Below are positions 19,915 to 30,087 of a stretch of 64,000 nucleotides of DNA, piece after piece. The stretch covers positions 768,001 through 832,000 of the forward strand of contig OZ219802.1 of NCBI GenBank assembly GCA_964291655.2. Direction: 5' to 3'. The translations under genes were made by a program, and so were the position numbers. This DNA comes from Chloroflexota bacterium (GTDB lineage: Bacteria > Chloroflexota > UBA11872 > VXOZ01). Under the pieces are notes generated by a model. That model was given only the letters and a program-made list of their open reading frames with translations. It made no database searches and had not been told where the DNA came from. The first letter of the stretch is position 1; the number at the start of each line of letters is the position of its first letter.

Positions 19915-20107
19915 TAATTTGCTCCCACGCTGGCGCAGAGTCTGCCCCGTACTCGTTACGGGGTTACAAACCTACAGTGCCTGGCGTGCCTTTCTTTCTC
20001 TGTAGCACAGGATATAAACCTGCGCTACCGGACGGTCCATTCTCACTGAATTACAAAGATGTGTCACTCATTGCACATGGCCGTTAGCGATCACGCGAAT
20101 GGCTACT

Positions 20108-21319
20108 CTACACTCGCGCGCGCTTGACGAAATTCGCGATTCGTTCCAGCGCTACTTCAATGTCTGCGGTCGGCACGGCATAGCACATGCGCACGTGGCC
20201 GTCGCCGCACGGGCCGAAAGCATCTCCCGCCACACAGGCGACGTGCTCTTCCTGTAACAAGCGTTCCGCGAACTCCTGAGACGAGAGTCCGGTCGAACGT
20301 ATGCTGGGGAAGCAGTAAAACGCGCCGTCCGGCTCCACGCAGTCAAGCCCCATATCATTCAAACCGTCAACGATTAGCGTACGCCGCTTGGTGTACTCGC
20401 TGAGCATCTGCTCGATGTCGGCCTCGCCGTGCCGCACGGCTTGCAGGGCCGCGTACTGGCTCATGGTCGGCGCGCACATCAGCACGTACTGGTGCACCTT
20501 CATGATGTATTCCAACACCGCGCTCGGTGCGGCCACATAGCCGATGCGCCAGCCGGTCATGGCGTAGGACTTCGAAAAGCCGCCAAGCAGGATGGTGCGG
20601 TCCCAGGCCCCGGGGAGAGCGCTAACGCACGTGTGCTCCATCGTGTAGGCAAGCCGCCCGTAGATCTCGTCGGAGAGCATGATGAGATTGTGCTTGCGAG
20701 CCAGGTCGACAATCTGCTCCCACTCCGCGCGGGGCAACATGGCCCCGGTCGGATTTGCCGGAAAGCCCAGTAACAATGCCTTGGTCCGCGGCGTGATCGC
20801 CGCGCTGATTTGCTCTGCCGTGATGCGGAAGTTGGTTTCCGCCGAACTGTTTATGCCAACCGGCTCACCGCCGGCGAATGTTATGCACGGACGGTACGAG
20901 ACATACGCGGGCTCCGGCACGATTACCTCATCGCCGGGATCGATCACGGCGCGCAAGGCAACGTCAACGGCTTCACTCACGCCGGCGGTAATGAGAATCT
21001 CTGTCTTTGGATCGTAGTCCGCACCATAGTGTTTGCTGAGATATTCCGCCACTGCCTCTCGTAACTCGATGATTCCGTAATTGGACGTGTAGTGAGTCTC
21101 GCCCTGGCCGAGCGAGTCTACTCCGGCTTGCAAGATATGTGCAGGGGTGACAAAGTCGGGCTCTCCTACACCGAGCGAGATGACGTCGTCCATGCTCGCA
21201 AGTATGTCGAAGAACTTGCGAATGCCGGAGGCCGGCACCTGTCGGACCCGGGACGACATCCTTCCGGTAACGTCGGCCTCAGTGGCCGTGCCTGTGCCTG
21301 TGATAGAGGATGCGGTCAT
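20108..21319 (-). CDS. PLP-dependent aminotransferase class I/II
   Basis: SLGVGEPDF, PANPTG, SDEIY, FSKSYAMTGWRIG; ATG overlaps gatA stop (TAATG). Confidence 0.93.
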   Translation of the reverse strand: MTASSITGTGTATEADVTGRMSSRVRQVPASGIRKFFDILASMDDVISLGVGEPDFVTPAHILQAGVDSLGQGETHYTSNYGIIELREAVAEYLSKHYGADYDPKTEILITAGVSEAVDVALRAVIDPGDEVIVPEPAYVSYRPCITFAGGEPVGINSSAETNFRITAEQISAAITPRTKALLLGFPANPTGAMLPRAEWEQIVDLARKHNLIMLSDEIYGRLAYTMEHTCVSALPGAWDRTILLGGFSKSYAMTGWRIGYVAAPSAVLEYIMKVHQYVLMCAPTMSQYAALQAVRHGEADIEQMLSEYTKRRTLIVDGLNDMGLDCVEPDGAFYCFPSIRSTGLSSQEFAERLLQEEHVACVAGDAFGPCGDGHVRMCYAVPTADIEVALERIANFVKRARV

Positions 21320-22794
21320 TATTGTGGTGCTCCTTGAGAGAGGGCAGGTTTGTAGCGGTTGCCGCTCGCTTGTTCGTAGGCGTACGCCAGTCGCAAGAGC
21401 GTAGCCTCGTCGAACGGCTTGCCAATGAATTGCAGCCCGACGGGTAGTCCCTGCACGAGTCCGCACGGCTGGGAAATGCCGGGCAGGCCCGCGACGTTGC
21501 AGGGCAAGGTGTACAGGTCAGACAAGTACATGCTAATTGGGTCGTCAATCCGTTCGCCAATCTTGAAGGCAACGGTTGCGGACGTGGGGCACACGATGGC
21601 GTTTACACGCTCAAACGCCTGCTGGAAGTCCGCCGCGATCAGTGTTCGCACCTTCTGCGCCTTCAAATAATAGGCGTCGTAATATCCGCTGGAGAGCGCG
21701 TGGGTGCCGACGAGAATGCGCCGCTTCACCTCGGAGCCAAAGCCCCGGCCCCGTGTGCGGCTGTACGCTTCCCACATCGTCTCTGCTTTCTGATCTGAGT
21801 ATCCATATTTGATGCCGTCGTAGCGCGCCAAATTCGCGCTGGCTTCCGCCGGGGCGATAATGTAATACGTGGCGAGCGCATGGTCGGTGTGGGGCAGAGA
21901 AACGTCCTCAACCGCAACACCTAAATCAACCAACTGATCAATTGCCTGGCGAACCGACTGTTCGACTGCCGGGTCGGTGCCTGCGCCAAAATACTCACGC
22001 GGTACCCCAATCCGCAGTCCGCCGACATCCTGCTTCATCTCTTCCCGCCAATTTGGCACAGCTTGAGGGGCTGACGTGGCGTCACGGGGATCATGGCCGC
22101 AGATCGCTTCCAGCACCATGGCGCAGTCGGTGACGTCCTTCGTAAACGGTCCGATCTGGTCGAGCGAGGAAGCAAAAGCCACGAGACCGTACCGTGAAAC
22201 ACGGCCATAGGTTGGCTTCATGCCGACAACGCCGCAGAGGGCGGCCGGTTGCCGGATCGAACCGCCGGTGTCGGAGCCCAACGAAAAGATTGCTTCGTCA
22301 GCAGCAACCGCCGCTGCCGAACCGCCGCTGGAACCGCCCGGTACCCGATCGGTGTCCCACGGGTTGCGCGTGGTGAAAAAAGCCGAATGCTCCGTGCTGG
22401 AACCCATGGCGAATTCATCCATGTTCGTCTTGCCCACTAGCACGATGCCCTGCGCATTCAGTTTCTTCATAACGGTGGCATCATACGGAGGAACATAGTC
22501 CTCCAACATACGCGATGAACAGGTGGTGCGCACACCCTTCGTGCTCATCACGTCTTTAATGGCGGTCGGAATACCCAACAGGGGCGGCGCGTCCGCACCG
22601 TCCTGCGCGCGGCGTTCATCAGCCGCCTTTGCCTGTGCGCGGGCCCGGTCCGCAGTCACGGTGACGAAGGCTTGTACCCGCTCGTCCACAGCCTCGATTT
22701 GTGATAAGACCGCCTCAGTGAGCTCTACAGACGTAGTCTCACCACGGTTAAGCAGGTCTTGGGCCTCATGGACGGTCAGAGCAGTGAGGTTCAC
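21319..22794 (-). CDS. gatA: Asp/Glu-tRNA amidotransferase subunit A
   Basis: Amidase signature [32 protein letters not shown]; EVKRRI. Confidence 0.98.
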   Translation of the reverse strand: MNLTALTVHEAQDLLNRGETTSVELTEAVLSQIEAVDERVQAFVTVTADRARAQAKAADERRAQDGADAPPLLGIPTAIKDVMSTKGVRTTCSSRMLEDYVPPYDATVMKKLNAQGIVLVGKTNMDEFAMGSSTEHSAFFTTRNPWDTDRVPGGSSGGSAAAVAADEAIFSLGSDTGGSIRQPAALCGVVGMKPTYGRVSRYGLVAFASSLDQIGPFTKDVTDCAMVLEAICGHDPRDATSAPQAVPNWREEMKQDVGGLRIGVPREYFGAGTDPAVEQSVRQAIDQLVDLGVAVEDVSLPHTDHALATYYIIAPAEASANLARYDGIKYGYSDQKAETMWEAYSRTRGRGFGSEVKRRILVGTHALSSGYYDAYYLKAQKVRTLIAADFQQAFERVNAIVCPTSATVAFKIGERIDDPISMYLSDLYTLPCNVAGLPGISQPCGLVQGLPVGLQFIGKPFDEATLLRLAYAYEQASGNRYKPALSQGAPQ

Positions 22795-22797
22795 AGA

Positions 22798-23109
22798 CTA
22801 GAAATCCAGGATGGCACGCACGCGGAACTGATCACCCTCGCGGTCCGGCGCATTGGCCAGAACCTCTTGTTCCGTTAGCGATGGTTCGACCGCGTCCGGC
22901 CGCATGACGTTTGTAAGGGGGATCACTTGCGCAGTCGGGGGAATCTGCTCAGTGTCCAAGGCACTGAGCTTCTGAAAGTGTTCAAACACTGCGCTAAGCT
23001 GATGTTGGAAGCGCTCCTCCTCTTCAGGGGAGAGCGCCAGCCGAGCCAAGTCAGCCACGTGCTGAACATCGGCTCGCGTTATAGTATCTGCGTCTTCTGC
23101 TGCTTTCAC
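22798..23109 (-). CDS. gatC: Asp/Glu-tRNA amidotransferase subunit C
   Basis: VQHVADLARL...NVMRPD...LANAP; directly upstream of gatA. Confidence 0.95.
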   Translation of the reverse strand: MKAAEDADTITRADVQHVADLARLALSPEEEERFQHQLSAVFEHFQKLSALDTEQIPPTAQVIPLTNVMRPDAVEPSLTEQEVLANAPDREGDQFRVRAILDF

Positions 23110-23139
23110 AACGGCTTTGCCTTTCGTAGGTTCACCTCG

Positions 23140-23169
23140 ATTATACCGATTTCATGGGCCTACCCACAA
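23140..23169 (-). promoter_or_regulatory. Putative sigma70 promoter of the gatC-gatA operon
   Basis: Minus strand TTGTGG-N18-TATAAT about 30 nt upstream of gatC. Confidence 0.45.
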
Positions 23170-23355
23170 GGAATGCCAGGCATGACCGCGACTGTGGGTT
23201 TCTCATCGCTTAGCTTCTTCCGAACCTCGGGAAGTATACGACCTCTCCAGAATTGCTGTCCGTCTAACGGTCTGGCATACTGCACGAATTGCTGAACGCA
23301 CTCTTTCAATGGCGAGCGGTTTTCTCGCCATTCCAAACGTCCGGAGAGGGCAAAC

Positions 23356-23820
23356 ATGGAAGCTCCGCAGAAAATAGAACCGCAGTCTCTTGCCGACTAT
23401 CTCGAAGTCATGTGCAAGGCAGTCTTCCACAGCGGCATGTCGTGGGCCGTGGTGGAAGCAAAGTGGACCGACATCAAAGCGGCTATGCGCGACTTCGATC
23501 CGGTTGCGATTGCCTTCCTGAGCGAGAAAGAACTGGATGATCTGGCGCAGGACAAACGCGTCATCCGCAACCGCCGCAAGCTGGCGGCCATCATAAAGAA
23601 TGCACAGACGATGCGTGACCTGGAAGAGGAACACGGGAGTTTTCAAAACTACCTGCGCTCGCATGGCGGTTTCGAGCCCACCGTCAAGGACTTGTGCAAG
23701 CGCTTCGGCTTCCTCGGCGAGACCGGCGCATACTACTTCCTCTGGGTCGTCAACGAGGATGTACCTTCATACGAAGAGTGGTGCGCCTCCCGCGGACGCC
23801 AACCGCATGCCACCGGCTAG
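23356..23820 (+). CDS. DNA-3-methyladenine glycosylase I (Tag-like)
   Basis: VFHSGMSW.VV..K, FDP..IA, VIRNRRK..A, FGFLG. Confidence 0.8.
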   Translation: MEAPQKIEPQSLADYLEVMCKAVFHSGMSWAVVEAKWTDIKAAMRDFDPVAIAFLSEKELDDLAQDKRVIRNRRKLAAIIKNAQTMRDLEEEHGSFQNYLRSHGGFEPTVKDLCKRFGFLGETGAYYFLWVVNEDVPSYEEWCASRGRQPHATG

Positions 23821-23841
23821 AACCCCGGCTCACATGCCTCC

Positions 23842-24153
23842 GGTAGCGCAGGTTTGCAGCCTGCGCCCATTTGCACGACACCTTGTGGCGGCTTGTACTC
23901 AACTGTGGCGGTCGCAGTGAAAACCATTGGTGTCAGTGCCTTGCTTCTTGGTCCACCGTAGCGCGGGGGCTTGTCCCCCGCCAGAGCAAAGGGAAACAGG
24001 CACGAAAAGGATTGACCTTACAGGAACGCAGGTTGCAAACCTGCGCTACCGGGGATATGAGGCGTGGTGCTCGGCGCCATTATGTTTAATGTGACAACAT
24101 TGGGGTTGTCCCCCGCCTCTTGCCCTACCGTAGCGCGGGGGCTTGTCCCCCGC
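23842..24153. repeat. Cluster of GTAG-type REP palindromes
   Basis: GTAGCGCGGGGGCTTGTCCCCCGC at 23958 and 24130 (also 31871, ~56672, inverted variant ~35935); GTAGCGCAGGTTTGCAGCCTGCGC at 23842 with an inverted variant at ~24027. Confidence 0.85.
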
Positions 24154-24361
24154 CTCTCAATCTACCTCTGCGCCGGGGCTGGTCCGTCGCCTCCTGACAC
24201 AATCTGCGAACACCTTCCGGGCTTCTGGTACGACTCCCCGTCGCCGCGTGCTGCAATTCGAGAGTGCCGGAACCAATCCTCGTCGATCACGGTCATAAGG
24301 CCCCCATCGGCGCCATCGTCCCGCCCCGTCTCTGATGCGAAACGGCTAGCCCCCCAGGCCC

Positions 24362-24390
24362 TTGACACTATACACTCGCTTGTTTATTGT
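24362..24390 (+). promoter_or_regulatory. Putative sigma70 promoter
   Basis: TTGACA-N17-TATTGT, 47 nt upstream of the SBP start. Confidence 0.6.
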
Positions 24391-24437
24391 TTATTCAGAT
24401 TCACACCCCCATAGTACCGATAGAGGAGAAAGTAGCT

Positions 24438-25844
24438 ATGGATACGGGCAAGACTACTCACGTGTTTTCGCGCCGGCGATTTCTCGCTGGAGGTGCGGCA
24501 ACAGGCGGATTCTTGCTGATGGCTGCGTGTGGTGGTGGAAGCACAGGCGAAGCCATGCCTAAGGAGGAGATGGCGGAAGGTGAGGCGCCCAAAGAGGAAG
24601 CCAAACAGCCTGAGATGGAAAAGGTCACCTTGGTCTTCCGCGACTGGCGCCAGCCAGGCCGCACGGCGACGACATGGGAAGTCTGGTTCACTTGGGCGGA
24701 TGAAACCTTCCGCGAAGCGAATCCGCAGGTAGAGGCGGTAGAGTATTCGCACGTACCCTTTGGCGCAGAATACATTCAAAAGCTTACGACGGAATCCGCT
24801 GCACGCGTTACCGCCGACGTGGTGCATAGCTCCATCATATGGGGACGTGACCTGTGGGATAACGATATCCTCATGGATCTCACCGCACACGCCGCCACGA
24901 CCCCGGACGTTGGGGCCGACCAGTTCATGCCCAGCGCCAATCCCTATCGCATTGCGGATGGCAAAGTCTTTGGCCTCTCTTTCTGGGGCCCGGACTCCTA
25001 CGTGATGGTGATTAATCAGGACCACTATATAGATGCGGGTCTTGATCCCAAGGGCGAGGACCAGTTGACCTGGGAAGGCTTGGCTGCAACCGTGGAGAGG
25101 CTCTCCCGCAAGGATTCCGGCGGCAATTACTCACGCATCGGCTTTACCTATCACATTCCCGGCATGCCCGAATTTGCCGCCTGGCTTTACGCCAACGGCG
25201 GCGAAATGCACAACGCCGAGCTCACTGAAGCCATCTTCGACACGGCCCAGGCTCTGGAAGTAGCGGAGCACCGTCAAATACAGCACGTGCGCTACAAGGA
25301 CAGGGTTGAAGGCTTCCCGGGCAGTAACCTAGACATTCTCAAGGGAGGCCAAGGGTCCGGCATCTCCTGGGGTACCTGGGCCGCCTACTATGTCCGTGAC
25401 GAATTCCCCGAAGACTTCAATTTCTGGATGGTGCCTATGCCGCAGGGGCCAAGCACCGATGGTACGACCAGTGGCGCGACCTGGATAAACATGATGGTTG
25501 TGCCTGACGGTACGTCAAATCCAGACTTGGCATTTGAATTCAGCCGCTTCACGTGCGGCCTGGAGGCACAGGTGCAGAAGCTGCTCCTCGTCAACCAGGT
25601 CTCGCCGCGATTGGACTTCTACAACACGCCGGAGTGGACGAAAGCGGTGGAGGACCTGCCACAGCTCGGCGTCGTGCCCGACGTCGGTGCGAGAGGCAGG
25701 GCCTATCCGTTCTTTAGGCGCTACACGTCAGCCAATGAGCAATGGCAGATCGTGCGCGATGCCATGAGCGGTGAGAGCGAACTCGACCTGCGCGGCGCTC
25801 TGGCCGAGACCGTCAAGCTCATCTCCCAGGAGCTTGAAAGTTAG
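24438..25844 (+). CDS. Carbohydrate ABC transporter substrate-binding lipoprotein (Tat)
   Basis: SRRRFL Tat motif, MAAC lipobox, Glu/Ala/Pro linker, SBP family 1-like body; GAGGAG RBS. Confidence 0.88.
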   Translation: MDTGKTTHVFSRRRFLAGGAATGGFLLMAACGGGSTGEAMPKEEMAEGEAPKEEAKQPEMEKVTLVFRDWRQPGRTATTWEVWFTWADETFREANPQVEAVEYSHVPFGAEYIQKLTTESAARVTADVVHSSIIWGRDLWDNDILMDLTAHAATTPDVGADQFMPSANPYRIADGKVFGLSFWGPDSYVMVINQDHYIDAGLDPKGEDQLTWEGLAATVERLSRKDSGGNYSRIGFTYHIPGMPEFAAWLYANGGEMHNAELTEAIFDTAQALEVAEHRQIQHVRYKDRVEGFPGSNLDILKGGQGSGISWGTWAAYYVRDEFPEDFNFWMVPMPQGPSTDGTTSGATWINMMVVPDGTSNPDLAFEFSRFTCGLEAQVQKLLLVNQVSPRLDFYNTPEWTKAVEDLPQLGVVPDVGARGRAYPFFRRYTSANEQWQIVRDAMSGESELDLRGALAETVKLISQELES

Positions 25845-25900
25845 GCAAGGATTAAGGTCTCTCGCTCCCGCGTCAGCGAGAGCACAAACCTAGCCAATTG

Positions 25901-25945
25901 CAAACGGAGAGGCGGCGAACTTGCCGCCTCTCCGTTTGGCTTTTT
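25901..25945 (+). terminator. Intrinsic terminator
   Basis: CAAACGGAGAGGCGGC...GCCGCCTCTCCGTTTG stem followed by a T run. Confidence 0.8.
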
Positions 25946-26140
25946 GATTGGCTAGTCTAGCCTGTCGCACAGCACCCTGCGACAGGCTCAGCAAGATCGG
26001 CGCGTCATCAATCCCATTTGGCTTGAGTATTTCGGAGAGTTCACACGCTTCCGTTCGCCCTGAGCTTGTCGAAGGGTGTATCCTTGCTAACGGATGGGAT
26101 AGAGCAGGAGACTCTCAGGTCTAAGGCGGGAGGCGCGACC

Positions 26141-26962
26141 ATGTCCTTCAAACTTGCCGTTGTTCAGATGGATTGCGTGCTCGGCGACGTGGCCGCCAAC
26201 CTTGCGCGCGCCAACAGCCTCGTGGCAGCCGCCGCGGCACAAGGCGCATCGGTGGCGGTGCTGCCGGAACTCGCGACCACCGGGTACTTCGTCGGCGACC
26301 GCATCGGCGCACTGGCGGAGCCTATCCCCGGTCCGACCACCGACGCACTCGGCCGGATCGCGCAGCGCCACCGGTGCTACATCATGGCCGGCATGATCGA
26401 GCAAGGCCAGGACTGCTTCTACAATAGCGCCGCCCTGCTCGCCCCGGACGGCAGCCTGCACGGGGCCTACCGCAAGGTCCACCTCTTTTCGGCTGAACGA
26501 GAGGCCTTCACTCCCGGCACCGAGCCGGCCCTGTTCGACATTGGCGGTACCCGCGTGGCGCTGACGATATGCTACGACCTCATATTCCCTGAGTACATTC
26601 GCCGTCTGGTCCTGGAAGGCGCTCAGGTCATCCTGAACAGCACCGACTGGATCACCAACGACTGGCAGCGCGGCCTGGGCTGGAGCGGCACGGTGGTAAG
26701 CGGCCTTGTGGCCACGCGCGCCTTGGAGAACACCGTGCACGTGGCCATGGCGGACCGCGTCGGCGTGGAAGAAGGCTGGAAGAGCCTGGGACACTCCTGC
26801 ATCGCAGCCCCCTCCGGCGGGCTTCTCGCCAAAGTCGACGAGGGCGAAGGGGTAGCCGTGGCGTCGCTGGAGCTCGATCACCCCGACTGGCAACAGTGGC
26901 GCACCGTAGCCACCTATTTGGACGACCGTCAACCAGATCTCTACACACCGAAAGAGGCGTAG
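26141..26962 (+). CDS. Carbon-nitrogen hydrolase (nitrilase superfamily)
   Basis: Catalytic E (LPEL), K (YRKVHL), C (ICYD); RALEN. Confidence 0.92.
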   Translation: MSFKLAVVQMDCVLGDVAANLARANSLVAAAAAQGASVAVLPELATTGYFVGDRIGALAEPIPGPTTDALGRIAQRHRCYIMAGMIEQGQDCFYNSAALLAPDGSLHGAYRKVHLFSAEREAFTPGTEPALFDIGGTRVALTICYDLIFPEYIRRLVLEGAQVILNSTDWITNDWQRGLGWSGTVVSGLVATRALENTVHVAMADRVGVEEGWKSLGHSCIAAPSGGLLAKVDEGEGVAVASLELDHPDWQQWRTVATYLDDRQPDLYTPKEA

Positions 26963-26964
26963 CC

Positions 26965-28920
26965 GTGGACATTCGCACCTACCTTTCCAATGAAGCCAGG
27001 CGCATGCATGGGGAATCCTTGCAGGACTTGCCCGCGCCGGAAGACTGGGCGCAGGCCCGTGTGCAATGGCAGGCGCAGTACTACGAAATGATGGGCATCA
27101 CCTCCCACATGGCCTTGGTGGAGCGCCCGCCTTTGAACATGTGCGTGACCAAAGAGACGCAACGCGACGGCTACCGCATTCAGAACGTCTACTACGAAAG
27201 CCTGCCCGGACTCTACGTGACCGGCAACCTCTACTTGCCGACGAATGTCGACGGCCCCGTGCCCGGTGTGCTCTATGTCTGCGGTCACGCGCAGAAGCAA
27301 AAGGAGCACTATCAGGCGCATCCCCGCAAATTCGCCCAACTTGGCTTCGCCTGCTTGCTCGTGGAAACGATCCAGCTTGGCGAGATAGAGGGGCACCACC
27401 ACGGTACGTGCCATCGCGGCTGGTTCAATTGGTTCAGCCAAGGCTACACCCCCGCCGGTGTAGAGCTGTGGAACGGCGTGCGCGGCCTTGATTTGCTGGC
27501 GTCATTGCCGGAAGTGGACGGCGCGCGCCTGGGAGTCACCGGCATCTCGGGCGGCGGCGCGGTAAGCTGGTGGATTGCCGCGGCGGACGAACGCGTGAAG
27601 GTGGTAGCGCCGGTCTGCGGTACCGCGACGTTTGCTTCCCACGTGTGCGAGCGCACGCTAGACGGCCACTGCGACTGCATGTTCTTCGTCAACGCCTACG
27701 GCTGGGAGCTGGCCGACGTGGCGCGACTCATCGCGCCGCGCCCCATGCTTATCGGTTCCGCCAATCGCGACGGCATCTTTCACATCCGCTCAATCCGCGA
27801 GACCTTTGCGGGAATCAAGAAGATCTACGATCACGTGGGCGCGAGCGAGAACACTATCTTGATCGAGACGCCCGGCGGCCACTCTTACCACGCCAATTCG
27901 CGCCGCGGCATCTTCTCCTGGTTCCTGCGCTATCTCGCGGATAAGGACGTATCGCCGGAGGCAGCAGGCGACATTGACGACCGTCCGGAAGTGCAAGAGG
28001 ACGCGGCCACGCTTCGCGTCTATCAGAACGGCGTGCCCACGTCCGAGCGCGTCACGACTATTCACGAGGACTTTTTCACGCTGCCGGAACTGCCGAACAT
28101 TGTGACCGCAGACGAATTGGCGGCTGTCCGTGACAAGGCGCACGCCAAGCTTGCAGCGATGTCGTTCAGACACTTCCCCAGCACGCCAGGTACTTTAGAC
28201 GCGGAGGTAGAGTACGAGACCGGGCGCGGCGATGCGGTCGCTGGCGGCAGGTTTGCCTTCACGTCGGAAGGCGGCTGGCGGCTGCACGGGTCTTGGACGC
28301 TGCCGGAAGCAGATGCCGATGCACCGGCCGTCGTCGCGCTGCGTACGCCCCATGAGCCACGCCGCGCCACGGAAGACTGGCTGCAAGGCTTCGATAGCTC
28401 CTGGGCACGGGTGGTGGCAGAGCCGCGCGGCACCGGAGACAATGCCTGGGGCACGGAACTTGATTGGCACGTGCGCCGGGCGTGTATGCTCCTCGGCCGC
28501 ACCGTGGCGTCGATGCAGGTCTACGATACGCTGCGCGCCTTGGATGCCGTTGCACACCTGCCCGGTGTGGATAGCTCGCGGCTAGCGTTGGCCGGTCGCG
28601 GCCAGATGGCAGTGGTAGCGCTCTACGCGGCGCTGCTCCACGGCAACTTAGAAGCGCTCATTCTGAGCGATCTGCCGGAATCGCTGGCAGCGCACTCCAG
28701 CCCTGACGGCACCGGCATCGCCAGCGAAATCCTGTTTGCGCTCCAACACGCAGACCTGCCCCAAGCCGCCGGCCTCCTCTGGCCAATGGAACTGGTCTTC
28801 TTGGGTCCGCGCCCCGGCACCTTCGGCTGGACGGAAGATCTCTATAGCCGCCTCGGCAGCCCTGGCGCGATACGGCATGTGATGAATCTTGAGCAATGGC
28901 AGCCGGGTGCGGGGCGGTAG
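26965..28920 (+). CDS. Two-domain alpha/beta hydrolase (acetyl xylan esterase-like)
   Basis: YESLPG..VTGNLYLP, CGH, GISGGG nucleophile elbow, HCDC, LIAPRP; second degenerate hydrolase domain. Confidence 0.8.
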   Translation: MDIRTYLSNEARRMHGESLQDLPAPEDWAQARVQWQAQYYEMMGITSHMALVERPPLNMCVTKETQRDGYRIQNVYYESLPGLYVTGNLYLPTNVDGPVPGVLYVCGHAQKQKEHYQAHPRKFAQLGFACLLVETIQLGEIEGHHHGTCHRGWFNWFSQGYTPAGVELWNGVRGLDLLASLPEVDGARLGVTGISGGGAVSWWIAAADERVKVVAPVCGTATFASHVCERTLDGHCDCMFFVNAYGWELADVARLIAPRPMLIGSANRDGIFHIRSIRETFAGIKKIYDHVGASENTILIETPGGHSYHANSRRGIFSWFLRYLADKDVSPEAAGDIDDRPEVQEDAATLRVYQNGVPTSERVTTIHEDFFTLPELPNIVTADELAAVRDKAHAKLAAMSFRHFPSTPGTLDAEVEYETGRGDAVAGGRFAFTSEGGWRLHGSWTLPEADADAPAVVALRTPHEPRRATEDWLQGFDSSWARVVAEPRGTGDNAWGTELDWHVRRACMLLGRTVASMQVYDTLRALDAVAHLPGVDSSRLALAGRGQMAVVALYAALLHGNLEALILSDLPESLAAHSSPDGTGIASEILFALQHADLPQAAGLLWPMELVFLGPRPGTFGWTEDLYSRLGSPGAIRHVMNLEQWQPGAGR

Positions 28921-29009
28921 CGTTTGAGGAAAGCCAGAGTCTAGCGATGTGCCCTGCATTACGAGTATAGGGTCTATACTATTAAGGGTACAACGTTCGG
29001 ATACGATGT

Positions 29010-29318
29010 ATGCTTGACAGAATTCGGGCCCAAGTACGCAACAATGAAATACGACTTACCCAGCACGCTCTGCAGGAAATGGCTGAGGAGCAAGTCTCGC
29101 TCGATGAGACTTTGGTGGCACTATCTCAAGGGCAAGTGTTGGAGAACTACCCGCAGCACCGCAGGGGTGCGTGTTGCCTGATTTGCGGTTTTACGCGGTC
29201 GGGGCGGGTCTTGCATGTCGTTTGCACGACGGCTCTTCCCGTTCTCATCATTATTACAGTGTATGAACCTACGTCGCCCAAGTGGGTAACCCCATGGCAG
29301 AGAGGGCAAGCGACATGA
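29010..29318 (+). CDS. DUF4258 domain protein (putative RNase toxin)
   Basis: LTQHA..EM, GQVLENYP, CLICG...LHVV, IITVYEP. Confidence 0.85.
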   Translation: MLDRIRAQVRNNEIRLTQHALQEMAEEQVSLDETLVALSQGQVLENYPQHRRGACCLICGFTRSGRVLHVVCTTALPVLIIITVYEPTSPKWVTPWQRGQAT

Positions 29319-29539
29319 AGTGCAGCATTCAGGGCTGTCCTGGTGAATACGAAGCGAAACGCATCGTACACACCGTGCGGAGCGAAGGGCAAGTAATTGT
29401 CATCGACCACGTGCCGGCTGAGGTGTGTGCAATCTGTGGCGACACGCTGCTCCATCTAGACACAGTGCGCAAGGTCGAAACGCTCATACAACAAAAGGGT
29501 CAGCCGGCGAACAGCGTCCCCTTGTATGAGTTCGCATAG
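29315..29539 (+). CDS. YgiT-type zinc finger protein (MqsA-like antitoxin)
   Basis: MKCSIQGC...VIDHVPAEVCAICG; ATGA overlap with the DUF4258 gene. Confidence 0.85.
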   Translation: MKCSIQGCPGEYEAKRIVHTVRSEGQVIVIDHVPAEVCAICGDTLLHLDTVRKVETLIQQKGQPANSVPLYEFA

Positions 29540-29765
29540 AGTGCGCACGCGCCAATAGGGCGCGAAGTGCTGGGCAAGAGTGAGGCGCTGCCGCTTAGTC
29601 GCGGAGCCCGCCAATGGAATAATGCCTGTTGAGTGGCAAGTCAGACGTATCCGACTCTTTCGCGCCTGCTAGCGGCGTGTTGTCCTCCCTCGCTCCTTTT
29701 TTTACCCCACCTCCTGGAATCCCTACTGCCCAAGCGGCCCCTGCCGGGCCTGAAGTCAAAGGGTC

Positions 29766-30040
29766 GTCACTCCGGCGAGAGCCGGAGTCCAGACAACAAC
29801 CGGCGGAAGAGAAGATGGATTCCCGCCTACGCGGGAATCACCATGGCCTTGCCCAGGCCGCACAAGGGAATGAAAGTGAGTTCCGATATCTCCGTTCGTG
29901 CTGAGCACTTCGGCAAGCTCAGTACAGGCTTGTCGAAGCATGAACGGAGAGATGAGTGTCGCAAGCTCTTAACCGCTTCCGCCGCTCACCCTTCGACGAT
30001 GCTCAGAGCCTGCCCCGTACCGGATACGGGGGCGAACGGC
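29766..30040. repeat. Mixed REP-like palindrome cluster
   Basis: CTCCGGCGAGAGCCGGAG, GATTCCCGCCTACGCGGGAATC, CCGTTCGTGCTGAGC...GTCGAAGCATGAACGG, CCCCGTACCGGATACGGGG. Confidence 0.75.
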
Positions 30041-30087
30041 AAGACCGCTTGTTTTCATGGCAATGACGAGCGCACGCGCGCTGATGG

